A stretch of 64,000 nt of DNA from an uncultured Acidimicrobiales bacterium (GTDB lineage Bacteria; Actinomycetota; Acidimicrobiia; Acidimicrobiales; DATKAS01), in contig CAVZAF010000002.1 of NCBI GenBank assembly GCA_963773315.1, positions 902,350 through 966,349 on the forward strand, in the 5' to 3' direction. The notes under the pieces are model-generated. The model saw nothing but the letters and a program-made list of their open reading frames with translations, was not told the DNA's origin and searched no databases. This document shows positions 10,290 through 19,742 of the stretch, piece by piece. Made by a program: the position numbers and the translations under genes. Positions within the stretch are counted from its first letter, which is position 1, and the number at the start of each line of letters is the position of its first letter.

Positions 10290-10328
10290 CGCATCTGCGC
10301 CCGGATCTATGACGCATCTGCGCCCGGA
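10268..10328. repeat. 23-bp tandem direct repeat, 2.65 copies (gcatctgcgcccggatctatgac)
   Basis: Exact copies lie at 10268-10290 and 10291-10313, with a 15-nt partial copy at 10314-10328. Copy 1 encodes the last codons and TGA stop of the amidase at 8883-10289. The array ends 3 nt before the stop of the convergent amidase. Confidence 0.95.
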
Positions 10329-10331
10329 GCT

Positions 10332-11750
10332 CTAGTACCCGTTCGCGAGCAGCTGCCAGGGCCGCGCGTGCTCGTAGCGCGCCGCGACCTGCATGGCGAG
10401 GCCGTCCTCGTGGCGCCGGGCGATGATCTGCATCCCGACCGGCACTCCGTCGACCAATCCGGCGGGCACGCAGACGACGGGGTTGCCCGAGAGGTTGAAC
10501 GGTGCAGTGAAGAGCGCCGGCGCCGCGGGGCCGATGTCCTTGCCCGCGACGACCGTCGGGATCGGGCCCTCGACGCCGAACGCCGGTACCGGCGACGCAG
10601 GCACGAGGAGGATGTCGACGTCGGCGAACAGCTCGGCGAGCTGCATGTCGATGAGGTGGCGCATCTGGTTCGTCTTCGCCACGCCCTCGAGCGTGAGGTC
10701 GGGATCGGTGAACGCCAGCTCCATGAGCGGCGCAGCGCCGGGTGTCTTCATGAGATTCATGAGGATCGTGCCCGCGTGCTCTGCGCCGGCCGGATCCGCG
10801 TCGGCATAGAGGACCGCGGCGCCGACGGTGACGAGGTCGGGGAACGTGAGCGTGCCGTCTGACTGCGTCATGCCGCACGCGTCGATCAGCACCGCGGCGG
10901 CGTTGTGCAGCGCGGCCGCGACCTCCGGATCGCTGGGCGACATGCCGAGGTCATCGACGACCGCGACTCGCAGGCCCGAGGGCAGCGGCTCGGCGATCTG
11001 GCGCTCGTAGGGAACCGCGGGGGGCGGCAACGAGTAGGGATCGCGTTGGTCGACGCCGACCGTGACGTCGAGGTAGCGGGCGCAGTCGCGCACCGAGCGG
11101 GCGAGCGGCCCGTAGTGGACCATGTTGGCGTGGCCCAGGTAGCCGGGGCTGCGAGGCACGCGCCCGTACGTGCCCTTCACGCCGACCACGCCGCACCAAC
11201 CTGCCGGCAGCCGGATCGAGCCCCCCATGTCCGAGCCCGTCGCGAGGGGCACGAGGCCGGCCGAGAGCGCCGCACCCGACCCACCTGAAGACCCACCCGG
11301 CGCCTTCGTGAGATCCCACGGGTTGTGCGTGGGACCGTGCAGCACCGAGGTCGTGTAGAAGAGCCGACCCACCTCGGGTGATGCGGTCTGACCGACGGGT
11401 ACCGCGCCGGCGCCGAGCAAGCGCGTGCTCATCGTCGTTGTGGTTGTCGCAATGCAGTCCTTGTACGCGGTCGACGCATGCGTCTCGGGCCAGCCCTCGA
11501 CCGACTCGAGCTCCTTGATGCCGAGTGGGACGCCACCGAGCGGACCGGGATCGTCGCCCGCGGCGACTCGACGATCGATCTCGGTCGCCGTGGCCATCGC
11601 GCGATCGGGGTCGAGGTGCACGAACGCGTTGAGTGCAGGGTTGAACCGGTCGATTCGCTCGAGGTGGTGCTGGAGGACTTCGATCGCCCTGAGCTCGCCG
11701 CCGCGCACCCCAGTCGCGATCGCCGTCGCGTCCATCTCGTGAAGCTCCAT
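10332..11750 (-). CDS. Amidase (amidase-signature family), second copy
   Basis: 472-aa ORF containing GGSSGGSGAALSAG, GIKE and GSDMGGSIRLPA. It is convergent with the first amidase. Confidence 0.9.
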   Translation of the reverse strand: MELHEMDATAIATGVRGGELRAIEVLQHHLERIDRFNPALNAFVHLDPDRAMATATEIDRRVAAGDDPGPLGGVPLGIKELESVEGWPETHASTAYKDCIATTTTTMSTRLLGAGAVPVGQTASPEVGRLFYTTSVLHGPTHNPWDLTKAPGGSSGGSGAALSAGLVPLATGSDMGGSIRLPAGWCGVVGVKGTYGRVPRSPGYLGHANMVHYGPLARSVRDCARYLDVTVGVDQRDPYSLPPPAVPYERQIAEPLPSGLRVAVVDDLGMSPSDPEVAAALHNAAAVLIDACGMTQSDGTLTFPDLVTVGAAVLYADADPAGAEHAGTILMNLMKTPGAAPLMELAFTDPDLTLEGVAKTNQMRHLIDMQLAELFADVDILLVPASPVPAFGVEGPIPTVVAGKDIGPAAPALFTAPFNLSGNPVVCVPAGLVDGVPVGMQIIARRHEDGLAMQVAARYEHARPWQLLANGY

Positions 11751-11828
11751 CGTCCGGTTAGATTAGCCGTCGTTCACATTCAGCCTGACTCCGCCAGGTC
11801 GGCCTGTCTCCGTGAAGAGGAGTGTCGC

Positions 11829-12674
11829 GTGAAGTCCTACGAACACCTGCTGGTCGACGTCGATGCCGGAGTCGCGACGGTGACGCTGAACCGGCCCGAG
11901 GCGCTGAACGCCTTCAACTTCACGATGACCGCGGAGTTCGACGACGCGATCTGGTCGCTCGAGCGTGACGACGCCGTGCGCGTGATCGTGCTCACAGGCG
12001 CGGGCAAGGCGTTCAGCACGGGCATCGACTTGGCCACCGGTGGCGATGCGTTCGGCTCCGACGCCCACGAGCGGCACAACGAGGAGGTCGGGGCTTCCGA
12101 CTCGCAGATCACCGATCGGTACTCGTTCTGGACGATGCGCACGCCGATGATCGCAGCGATCAACGGCATGGCGATCGGCGCCGGGCTCACGACGACGTTC
12201 CTCGCGGACATCCGCATCGTCGCCGAGGATGCTCGGTTGCGGTTGCCGTTCGTGCGGCTCAACGTCATCCCCGACGCGAACTCGACTTGGCTGCTCCCGC
12301 GGCTCGTGGGCCTCTCTCGGGCCATGGAGCTGCTGCTCACCGGCCGGTGGTTCACCGGACAAGAGGCCGCTGACATGGGCCTCGCCTCGAAGGCCCTGCC
12401 CGCCGCAGAGGTGCTGCCCGCGGCACAGGAGATGGCCCGCGACATCGCGGCCAACACCGGGCCTGTCGCCCTGGGCGTCACGAAGCAGCTGGTGTACAAG
12501 AACCTCATGGAGACCGATCGGGTCGCCGCGTTCACCGAGGAGACGAAGCTCACCTGGTGGGCGGGCTCGCAGCCCGACACGATGGAGGGCGTCACCGCGC
12601 TCATGAGCAAGCGCACGCCGCAATGGACCCAGTCGAAGCACCTGCCGATCCCGGACGACCTTCCGGAGCAGTAA
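11829..12674 (+). CDS. Enoyl-CoA hydratase/isomerase (crotonase family)
   Basis: GTG 11829 is preceded by a gaggag RBS. The sequence reads VKSYEHLLVDVDAGVATVTLNRPEALNAF...VLTGAGKAFSTG...AAINGMAIGAG. The upstream part of the ORF-track ORF (from 11478) is antisense to the amidase. Confidence 0.85.
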   Translation: MKSYEHLLVDVDAGVATVTLNRPEALNAFNFTMTAEFDDAIWSLERDDAVRVIVLTGAGKAFSTGIDLATGGDAFGSDAHERHNEEVGASDSQITDRYSFWTMRTPMIAAINGMAIGAGLTTTFLADIRIVAEDARLRLPFVRLNVIPDANSTWLLPRLVGLSRAMELLLTGRWFTGQEAADMGLASKALPAAEVLPAAQEMARDIAANTGPVALGVTKQLVYKNLMETDRVAAFTEETKLTWWAGSQPDTMEGVTALMSKRTPQWTQSKHLPIPDDLPEQ

Positions 12675-13952
12675 CGCACGACGCCGCCTCGCGGCTTCGC
12701 CGGTGGGGGCCATACGGCCTCGCGCCGGTGCTCGTGCTCGTCGCGGCCAGCTTCATCGACGGGATGGAGTCGAACTTCATCCCGGGCGTTCTGTCGCTCC
12801 TGCAGAAGGAGTTCCACTTCGGCGACACGGCCGCGGGCGCGATCCCCGCCGCGATGGCGATCGCGGGGCTGATCGTGACCTTGCCGGCCGGGTACCTCGC
12901 CGACCGGACGAACCGGAAGCGACTTCTGGCCATCGTCGTCGCGTCGTGGTCGGTGTTCACGCTGGCGTCCGGCCTCGCCACCACCTTCCTGATGTTCTTC
13001 GTCATCCGCGTGATCCTCGGAGCGGCGGCGAACATCAACAACCCCCTGTCGGCGAGCCTCGTCACCGACTTCTACCCGGCGAGCTCGCGTGCACGGGTGT
13101 TCGCGTTCATCCGCGCCGGCGGCTACGTCGGTCTGGCGTTGGGCATCGCGATCGGCGGCGCGCTCGGCCAGGCGTTCGGATGGCGCGCGCCCTTCTTCGT
13201 GATGGTGATCCCGGGCCTGGTGATCGCGTTCTTCGTCTTCCGGCTCACCGAGCCTCCGCGAGGCGGGTTCGACGCAGAGCCGGTGCACGAGGAAATGCTC
13301 GGTCGGGGGGCCGGCGCGCTCTGGGCGGACTGCCGCGCGGTGCTCGCCGTGCCGACGCTGAAGTTCTTGTTCGTCGGTGTCGCCGTCGCGTTCGCGGGCT
13401 TCAACGGGCTCGGATACTGGCTGCCGAGCTTCTGGGAGCGCCAGTTCGACCTGAGCGAGGGCGAGGCCGCCGCGCTCACCGGCGTGCTCGCGCTCGATGG
13501 CGACGCTGGTCGGCTTCTGGATCGGCGGCGTGCTGGGCGACCGCTGGCACCGCGAACGTCCGAGTGGCCGCATCGATCTCGCGGCGATCACGCTCCTCTT
13601 CGGTGGCGCGCTGCTCGCAGCGTCGCTCGCGGTCGGAGTGCTCGCGCTCCAGCTGCCGCTGATGTTGTGCGCGGCGGTCTTGATCATCGTCGGCATACCG
13701 AGCCAGACGGCGGCGGTCGCCGACGTGCTCCCCGCCGCGCGGCGCGGCATCGGCTACGCGCTCTTCAGCTTCCTCGTCGCCGTCAGCGCGTCGCTCGGCC
13801 CGCTCGTCGTCGGGATCGTCTCGGACGTCACCGGCTCGTTGCGCACGGCCCTCATCGTGATGGCCTTGCCGTGCATCCCCGGCGCGCTCGTGCTCTCGCG
13901 GGCGAGGCACACCTACGTGCGAGACAGCGCGGCGATCACCGTCACGAAGTGA
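12623..13952 (+). CDS. MFS transporter (one apparent frameshift near 13490-13497; start uncertain)
   Basis: The N-terminal half is read in the frame of the 1104-aa ORF (FIDGMESNFIPGVLSLLQKEF...GYLADRTNRKR...). The C-terminal half is ORF 13497-13952 (ATLVGFWIGGVLGDRW...). It has multiple hydrophobic helices. Confidence 0.75.
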
Positions 13953-13969
13953 CGGCAGGTCGCACGCCG

Positions 13970-15163
13970 TCACTGGGTGACGGCCGGTTCTCGCGGCAGG
14001 CCGAGCACGACCTCGCCGATGATGTTGCGCTGGATCTCGTCGGTGCCGCCGCCGATGTGCATCGCGATCGAGCCGAGCAGGGCCGCGGGCCAGCGTCCCG
14101 CCTCGGGGCCATCGGCACCGGTGAGCACGCCGGCGGGTCCGAGCACCTCGCATCCCGTCTCGGTCAACGCGGTGCCGACCTGCGAGGCGAACAGCTTGAG
14201 GATCGAACCCTCGACGCCGGGGATCATCCCCCGGGCGAGGCTGGTGCGCACCCGTGCGGTGGTGAGGTCGAACAGCAGCGACAACGTGTAGACGCGCGCG
14301 AGCGCTTGGCGCGTGCGTGGGTCCGCGGCGGCGCCCGTCTCGGCCGCGAGGTGGGCGAGCGCACGGTAGGGCCCGAGTGCGCCCCCCATCGCGCCGGCCG
14401 CGTAGCGCTCGTTCATCATCGTGGTGCGCCCGACTCGCCAGCCCTCGTGCTCCTCGCCGACTTTGTTCTCGACCGGCACGCGGACCTCGTCGAAGAACAC
14501 CTCGTTGAAGTGCGCGTCGCCGGTGATCTGCCGCAGCGGGCGGATGTCGATGCCGGGGGAGCGCATGTCGACGATGAGCGCGGTGATGCCGTGGTGCTTC
14601 GGTGCGCTCGGATCGCTGCGGAAGAGCCCGAGGCCGAAGTCGCAGTAGTGCGCGCCGCTCGTCCAGACCTTCTGGCCGCTGAGCACGTAGTGGTCGCCGT
14701 CGCGCACGGCCTTCGACGAGAGCGAGGCGAGGTCGCTGCCGGCGCCGGGCTCGCTCCAGAGCTGGCACCACACCTCGCGGCCCTCCACCATGGGCTTGAG
14801 GTAGCGAGCCTGCTGCTCGGGCGTGCCGTGGGCGATGATCGTCGGCCCGATCATCGCGATGCCGATGCTGAAGATGTTCGTCGGCAGCTCGAAGCGGTTG
14901 AGCTCCTCGGCCCACACCAGCGCCTCGAGTGGCCCGGCGTCTCGGCCGCCGAGCGCCGCGGGCCACGTGATCGCGGCCCAGCCTCCGGCCGCGAGCAGGC
15001 GCTGCCACTCCTTCGCCTCGGTGAGCGCCTCAGCACTGTCATCGAAGCCGGAGAGCACGGTGATCTTCTCGGTTTCGTCGGTGCGGAGCCGCGCGTGCTC
15101 CTCGAGCCACGCCCGTGCCTCGGCGCGGAACTCGGCTTCACGGGGGGAGTCGTCGAAGTCCAT
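13970..15163 (-). CDS. Acyl-CoA dehydrogenase
   Basis: 397-aa ORF with ACAD-like domain order: WCQLWSEPGAGSDLASL..., GQKVWTSGA, and a C-terminal IGGGTDEIQRNIIGE. Confidence 0.9.
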   Translation of the reverse strand: MDFDDSPREAEFRAEARAWLEEHARLRTDETEKITVLSGFDDSAEALTEAKEWQRLLAAGGWAAITWPAALGGRDAGPLEALVWAEELNRFELPTNIFSIGIAMIGPTIIAHGTPEQQARYLKPMVEGREVWCQLWSEPGAGSDLASLSSKAVRDGDHYVLSGQKVWTSGAHYCDFGLGLFRSDPSAPKHHGITALIVDMRSPGIDIRPLRQITGDAHFNEVFFDEVRVPVENKVGEEHEGWRVGRTTMMNERYAAGAMGGALGPYRALAHLAAETGAAADPRTRQALARVYTLSLLFDLTTARVRTSLARGMIPGVEGSILKLFASQVGTALTETGCEVLGPAGVLTGADGPEAGRWPAALLGSIAMHIGGGTDEIQRNIIGEVVLGLPREPAVTQ

Positions 15164-15178
15164 CAGCTCTCCGTCAGG

Positions 15179-15938
15179 TCAAGTTGCTGGTCCGGCGAAG
15201 CATTGGGCGATCGCCATCCACCCCGCCGCGCTCTCGCCGGTGACGTGCAGCGCGGTCGCCTCGATGCCGCGCCGTTGGGTCACGACGAGGCAGAAGTCGA
15301 GCGCATCGCCCTCGACCCGCTCGGCGGAGCCGTCCGGCCCCCAAGTCCACGTGTCCCCATCGGGGCCGCGCAGCTCGACGCGGGGCTCGACCGCGGGCAA
15401 CGGCAGGCCGCGGTTGCGGAACGAGAAGCCACGAGTGCGCACGCCGAGGTCGGCGATGTGCCGAAGCCGGTTGGTGGGGGCAGGTTCGACACCGAGCGCG
15501 GCCGCGATGTCGTGGCCGTGTGCCCACGTCTCCATCAGACGTGCGGTCGCGAACGACGTCGCGCTCATCGGCCCCGTGATCCAGGCGATGCGCTCGCCCT
15601 CGCCTCGGTCGCGGATCGCGGCGACTGTCGCACCCGCTGCCCGCCGCCACCACGAGAGGAGGTCGCTGGGCGAGTGCGCTCGGGCCTGCGCCGCATGATC
15701 CTCCTCGACCGCCCCGAGATCGCTCATCAGCGTCGTGAGATGCGTGACGAACGCGTCGGGATCGGTCGCCGCGAGCGTCGCCAGGTCCTCCGCGATCGCG
15801 AGGTGCGCGACTTGGTCGCGGACGGCCCATCCCGTCCGCCGGTGTGGGCAGGTCCCACTGGTCTGGGCTGAGCGGGGTGAGAAGGGCGTCGAGCGCGGCC
15901 TCTTCTGCGAGCAGGTCGTCGACGACGCGCGCGAGCAC
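15179..15938 (-). CDS. DinB/mycothiol-dependent maleylpyruvate isomerase-family protein (one apparent frameshift near 15821-15842)
   Basis: From GTG 15938 the sequence reads LARVVDDLLAEEAALDALLTPLSPDQWDLPTPADG, then shifts into WAVRDQVAHLAIAEDLA...METWAHGHDIAAALG.... This is the MDMPI N-terminal-like pattern. Confidence 0.7.
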
Positions 15939-15995
15939 GTCACGGGTCTAGCCGATCCTTTGACGCGTGTGCGAGCCATCGTTAACGTCCGATGC

Positions 15996-16778
15996 ATGTC
16001 GGATGAAGTGCTGTACGACGTGGACGCCCAAGTCGCGACGATCACCCTCAACCGTCCTGACCGGTTGAACGCCGCGACGTTCGAGCTCGGTGAGCAGCTG
16101 CAGGCCGCGTTTCGAGAGGCCGACGGCTCGAAGGACGTGCGAGCGGTGATCCTGACTGGCGCCGGCCGCGGGTTCTGCTCGGGCGACGACGTCGAGGCCG
16201 CGTGGGGCGACCCTCGCATGGAGGCGACGATCGCCGAGCTCAGCTCGGCTCGTCCGCCGATGACACCAGAGGTCGAGGTGATCCTCGCCTGCCGCAAGCC
16301 CACGATCGCTGCGGTGAACGGCGTCGCGCTCGGCATCGGGATGGACCTCGCGCTGCTGTGCGACATGCGGATCGCGTCCGAGCACGCGAAGTTCGGGCAG
16401 CTGTTCGTCAAGATGGGCCTGATGGCCGACGTCACCGGCTACTGGGTGCTGCCCCGACTCGTCGGGCAAGAGATGGCGACCCGCTTGTTGCTCACTGGCG
16501 ACATCATCAACGCGGAAGAGGCGCTGCGGATCGGCCTCGTGTCGGAGGTGGTCCCGGCCGGAGACTTGATCCCTCAGGCGCGGGCTCTCGCCGACCGCAT
16601 CGCGGCGAATCCGCCCGAAGCCGTCGAGCACATCAAGGAGGGTCTCCGCCGCGCCGCCGGGATGGACCGCAACGGGCTGCCCGACCTCGCCGCGTTCGTG
16701 GGAAACGGCCTCGCCCGGCTCTTTGCCAGTGAGGGCCACAAGGAGGCGGTCGCCGCGTTCATGAGCAAGCGTTCGTGA
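15996..16778 (+). CDS. Enoyl-CoA hydratase/isomerase (crotonase family)
   Basis: From ATG 15996: MSDEVLYDVDAQVATITLNRPDRLNA...ILTGAGRGFCSGDD...AAVNGVALGIG. Confidence 0.85.
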   Translation: MSDEVLYDVDAQVATITLNRPDRLNAATFELGEQLQAAFREADGSKDVRAVILTGAGRGFCSGDDVEAAWGDPRMEATIAELSSARPPMTPEVEVILACRKPTIAAVNGVALGIGMDLALLCDMRIASEHAKFGQLFVKMGLMADVTGYWVLPRLVGQEMATRLLLTGDIINAEEALRIGLVSEVVPAGDLIPQARALADRIAANPPEAVEHIKEGLRRAAGMDRNGLPDLAAFVGNGLARLFASEGHKEAVAAFMSKRS

Positions 16779-16791
16779 GGAGCGCCGGCTG

Positions 16792-18369
16792 ATGCTCGAC
16801 CGCGATCTGGTCCTTCCGCACATGCTCGCCAAGTGGGCGCGCGAGACGCCTGACCGCGTGGCTATGAAGGACGTCGAGGGCCGCTCGATGACGTACGGCG
16901 AGCTCGACAGCGAGCTGCGGCGCTGGGCCGGCGCGCTTCGCAACGTCGGGGTCAGAGCCGGCGAGAACGTCGTCACGATGGTGCCGAACTCGTTCGAGTC
17001 GTACCTCGTGTGGCTGGGTGTCGCCTGGCTGCGCGCGGTCGAGGTGCCGACCAACAACATGTACCTCGGCGAGATGCTGCGCTACCTGATCACCAACTCG
17101 GGTGCGCGCTACGCGGTCATCTCGCAGCGGTACCTCGACCGGCTCGTCGAGATCGCCCCGAGCCTCACCGGCCTCGAGGCCGTGATCGTCCCCGACTCGG
17201 ACGACCTGCCCGATTGCTCGATCCGTCTCATCGGTGCCACCGAGCTCTTCGACGGAGCAGTGCCTGTCACCGACGAGCCGGGACCCGACTACTTCGACCT
17301 GTGCTCGATGATCTACACGTCCGGCACCACGGGGCCGTCGAAGGGCGTGCTCGTGCCGTGGGCGCTGCTGTTCGAGTTCGTCCGCATCCAGCCGCCCGAC
17401 TTCCTCCCGCCCGGCGGTGCGTACTACGCGATGTTCCCGGCGTTCCACGTGTCGGGGAAGGCGTCGCTCTACATCGCCGCGCGGGCGCATGGTCATGTCG
17501 TGCTCCGCGAGACGTTCAGCTTGTCCGAGTTCTGGAACGACATCCGCGCCAACAACGTCGAGGCGGCGGGGCTCGTGGGGCCGATGGCGGGACTGCTGAT
17601 GCTCGCGCCCGAGCAGCCCGACGACGCGGACAACCCCCTCGATCGCATCTACGTCGGGCCGATCATCCCCCAGATCGAGCAATTCATGAAGCGGTTCGGC
17701 ATCACGCGGATCGGCACCGGGTTCGGCATGACGGAGATCGGCGCGCCGATCGCGTCCGACGGCCTCTCGCTCGTCAACTTCACGAGCTGTGGCAAGCCGC
17801 GCGTCGGGCCGCCGCACTACGAGGTCCGTGTCGTCGACGAGCACGACGAGCCGGTCGGTCCGAACGTCGTGGGTGAGCTCGTCGTTCGTGCGGGTGACCC
17901 CTGGGTGCTGAACTCGGGATACTTCGGCATGCCCGACGTGACCGCGCGCGCGTGGCGCAACGGCTGGTTCCACACCGGCGACGGCTTCAAGTACGACGAA
18001 GACGGCAACTACTACTTCGTCGACCGCATGAAGGATGCGATCCGCCGAAGGGGAGAGAACGTCTCGTCGTTCGAGGTCGAGTCGTTCGTCAACCAGCACC
18101 CGAAGGTGGCGGAGTCCGCCGCGGTCGCGGTGCCCTCTGAAGTCAGCGAAGACGAGATCAAGATCTGCGTCGTGGTCAGGGTGGGCGAGGAGCTCGCGCC
18201 CGCCGAGCTGATCGAGTTCCTCACGCCGCTCATGCCGCGCTTCATGATCCCTCGGTACGTCGAGCTCGTCGACGCGCTGCCGAAGACGCAAGGCACCCTG
18301 CGCACTCGCAAGGTCGAGCTGCGCGACTCCGTGCTGAACGGCAAGACCTGGGACGGGGAGGCGCCATGA
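16792..18369 (+). CDS. AMP-dependent acyl-CoA synthetase/ligase
   Basis: 525-aa ORF with the adenylation motifs YTSGTTGPSKGV, GFGMTE, WFHTGDGF and DRMKDAIRRRGENV. Confidence 0.9.
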   Translation: MLDRDLVLPHMLAKWARETPDRVAMKDVEGRSMTYGELDSELRRWAGALRNVGVRAGENVVTMVPNSFESYLVWLGVAWLRAVEVPTNNMYLGEMLRYLITNSGARYAVISQRYLDRLVEIAPSLTGLEAVIVPDSDDLPDCSIRLIGATELFDGAVPVTDEPGPDYFDLCSMIYTSGTTGPSKGVLVPWALLFEFVRIQPPDFLPPGGAYYAMFPAFHVSGKASLYIAARAHGHVVLRETFSLSEFWNDIRANNVEAAGLVGPMAGLLMLAPEQPDDADNPLDRIYVGPIIPQIEQFMKRFGITRIGTGFGMTEIGAPIASDGLSLVNFTSCGKPRVGPPHYEVRVVDEHDEPVGPNVVGELVVRAGDPWVLNSGYFGMPDVTARAWRNGWFHTGDGFKYDEDGNYYFVDRMKDAIRRRGENVSSFEVESFVNQHPKVAESAAVAVPSEVSEDEIKICVVVRVGEELAPAELIEFLTPLMPRFMIPRYVELVDALPKTQGTLRTRKVELRDSVLNGKTWDGEAP

Positions 18370-18382
18370 CCTTCCTGAGCCG

Positions 18383-18964
18383 ATGACGACAGGCACGAAG
18401 CGACGTCCGTATCGGCGGGACGAGATCCTGGCCGCGGCGGTGAAGCTCTTCCACGAGCGCGGCTACCACGCGACCGGCATGGACGACATCGGCGCGGAGG
18501 CGGGCATCAGCGGCCCCGCGATCTACCGCCACTTCAAAGGCAAGGAAGAGATCCTCGAGGTCGTGCTGCTCGACGCCGCGCAGACAGGGCTCGAGGCCGC
18601 GCACGCCGTGGTGAGCGCGGCGCCGTCGCCGCGGCAGGCGCTCGAGCGGCTCGCTCGCCACTATGTCGACAGCATCGCTGCCAACCCGGCTCTCGCGTTC
18701 GTGGGCGTCTATGAGCGCCGCACCTTGAGCGCCGAGACGCGGGCGAAGATGGATCGGCTCGAGCGGCTCCACCTCGAGGAGTGGCTGCACGCGCTGCTCC
18801 AGCTGCGACCGCAGCTCCATGACGGCGAGGCACGCATCATGATCCGCGCCGTGCACGGCATGGCCGTCGCCGCGATCGTCTATCGCAGTGGGGTGGAGCG
18901 GCAGGCGCTCGTCGACCTCGTCACCGACATGACGATGAAGGCCCTGCTCGTCAAGCGCCCGTAG
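18383..18964 (+). CDS. TetR/AcrR family transcriptional regulator
   Basis: 193-aa ORF with an N-terminal HTH: ILAAAVKLFHERGYHATGMDDIGAEAGISGPAIYRHFKGK. Confidence 0.9.
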   Translation: MTTGTKRRPYRRDEILAAAVKLFHERGYHATGMDDIGAEAGISGPAIYRHFKGKEEILEVVLLDAAQTGLEAAHAVVSAAPSPRQALERLARHYVDSIAANPALAFVGVYERRTLSAETRAKMDRLERLHLEEWLHALLQLRPQLHDGEARIMIRAVHGMAVAAIVYRSGVERQALVDLVTDMTMKALLVKRP

Positions 18965-18968
18965 TCGC

Positions 18969-19742
18969 TCACTCGTACTCGGGCGAGCGCTTCTCCAAGA
19001 ACGCGCTGATCCCCTCGCGCGCGTCCGCGCGCTCGGCGGAGCGGACTATCGCCGCGGCCTCGGCCTCGAGATGGAGTGCGAGCGATTCGTCGAGGCTGGT
19101 GCGCAGCAGTCGTTTGGCCTCGCCCTGCGCGTGCTTCGCGCCGGCGGCGAGGGTGCGAGCGGTCGCCGCGACCTCAGCGTCGAGCTCGGAGTCGGCGACG
19201 ACGCGCGTCACGAGACCGATCTCGTGCGCGCTCGCCGCGTCGACCGGGGTGTTGAGGAGCGTGAGCTCCTGCGCGCGCCGGAGACCGATGAGGCGAGGGA
19301 GCAGGAACGAGGTGCCACCGTCCGGGTTGAGCCCGATCTTCGTGTAGGCGACGACGAACCGAGCGTTCTCGGCTGCGATCACGATGTCGCCGCCGGCCGC
19401 GAGACCGAGACCGGCGCCTGCCGCGCTGCCCTGCACACCGACGACGACGGGTGCGTCCATGCGGGCGAGCGCCACGATCGCGGCGTGGAGGTGCGAGGTC
19501 ACCTCGCGGAGATGCCTGGGCAGGTCGGGGCGCGCCGCGAACGCCTTCAGATCGCCACCGACGCAGAAGCTGCGTCCCGCGCCGCGGATCACGACGACCT
19601 TCACGGTCTCGTCAGCCTCTGCCGCGAGGACAGCGCTGTGGAGGTCCTGCGCGAGCGTGAGGTTCACCGCGTTGCCGGCGTCGGGCCGGTCGAGCGTGAG
19701 GGTGCCGACGCCGTGGTCGGCTTCGAAGGAGACCGTGGTCAC
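18969..19742 (-). CDS. Enoyl-CoA hydratase/isomerase (crotonase family)
   Basis: GTG 19742 overlaps the upstream TGA (GTGA). The sequence reads VTTVSFEADHGVGTLTLDRPDAGNAV...IRGAGRSFCVGGD...VQGSAAGAG. The ORF-track extension to 20012 overlaps the isochorismatase-like gene out of frame. Confidence 0.85.
   Translation of the reverse strand: MTTVSFEADHGVGTLTLDRPDAGNAVNLTLAQDLHSAVLAAEADETVKVVVIRGAGRSFCVGGDLKAFAARPDLPRHLREVTSHLHAAIVALARMDAPVVVGVQGSAAGAGLGLAAGGDIVIAAENARFVVAYTKIGLNPDGGTSFLLPRLIGLRRAQELTLLNTPVDAASAHEIGLVTRVVADSELDAEVAATARTLAAGAKHAQGEAKRLLRTSLDESLALHLEAEAAAIVRSAERADAREGISAFLEKRSPEYE

Noticed and set aside
10268-10328. Possible CRISPR array or minisatellite
   Set aside because: There are only 2.65 directly abutting copies of a 23-bp unit, with no spacers and no cas genes anywhere in the window. 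It is reported as a simple tandem repeat instead.
12557-15871. 1104-aa plus-strand ORF, the longest in the window
   Set aside because: Only its first ~310 codons are real; they form the N-terminal half of the MFS transporter. The rest is Arg/Gly/Ala-rich read-through antisense to a clear acyl-CoA dehydrogenase (13970-15163) and the DinB-family gene. Stop-free antisense frames of this kind are typical in very GC-rich DNA.
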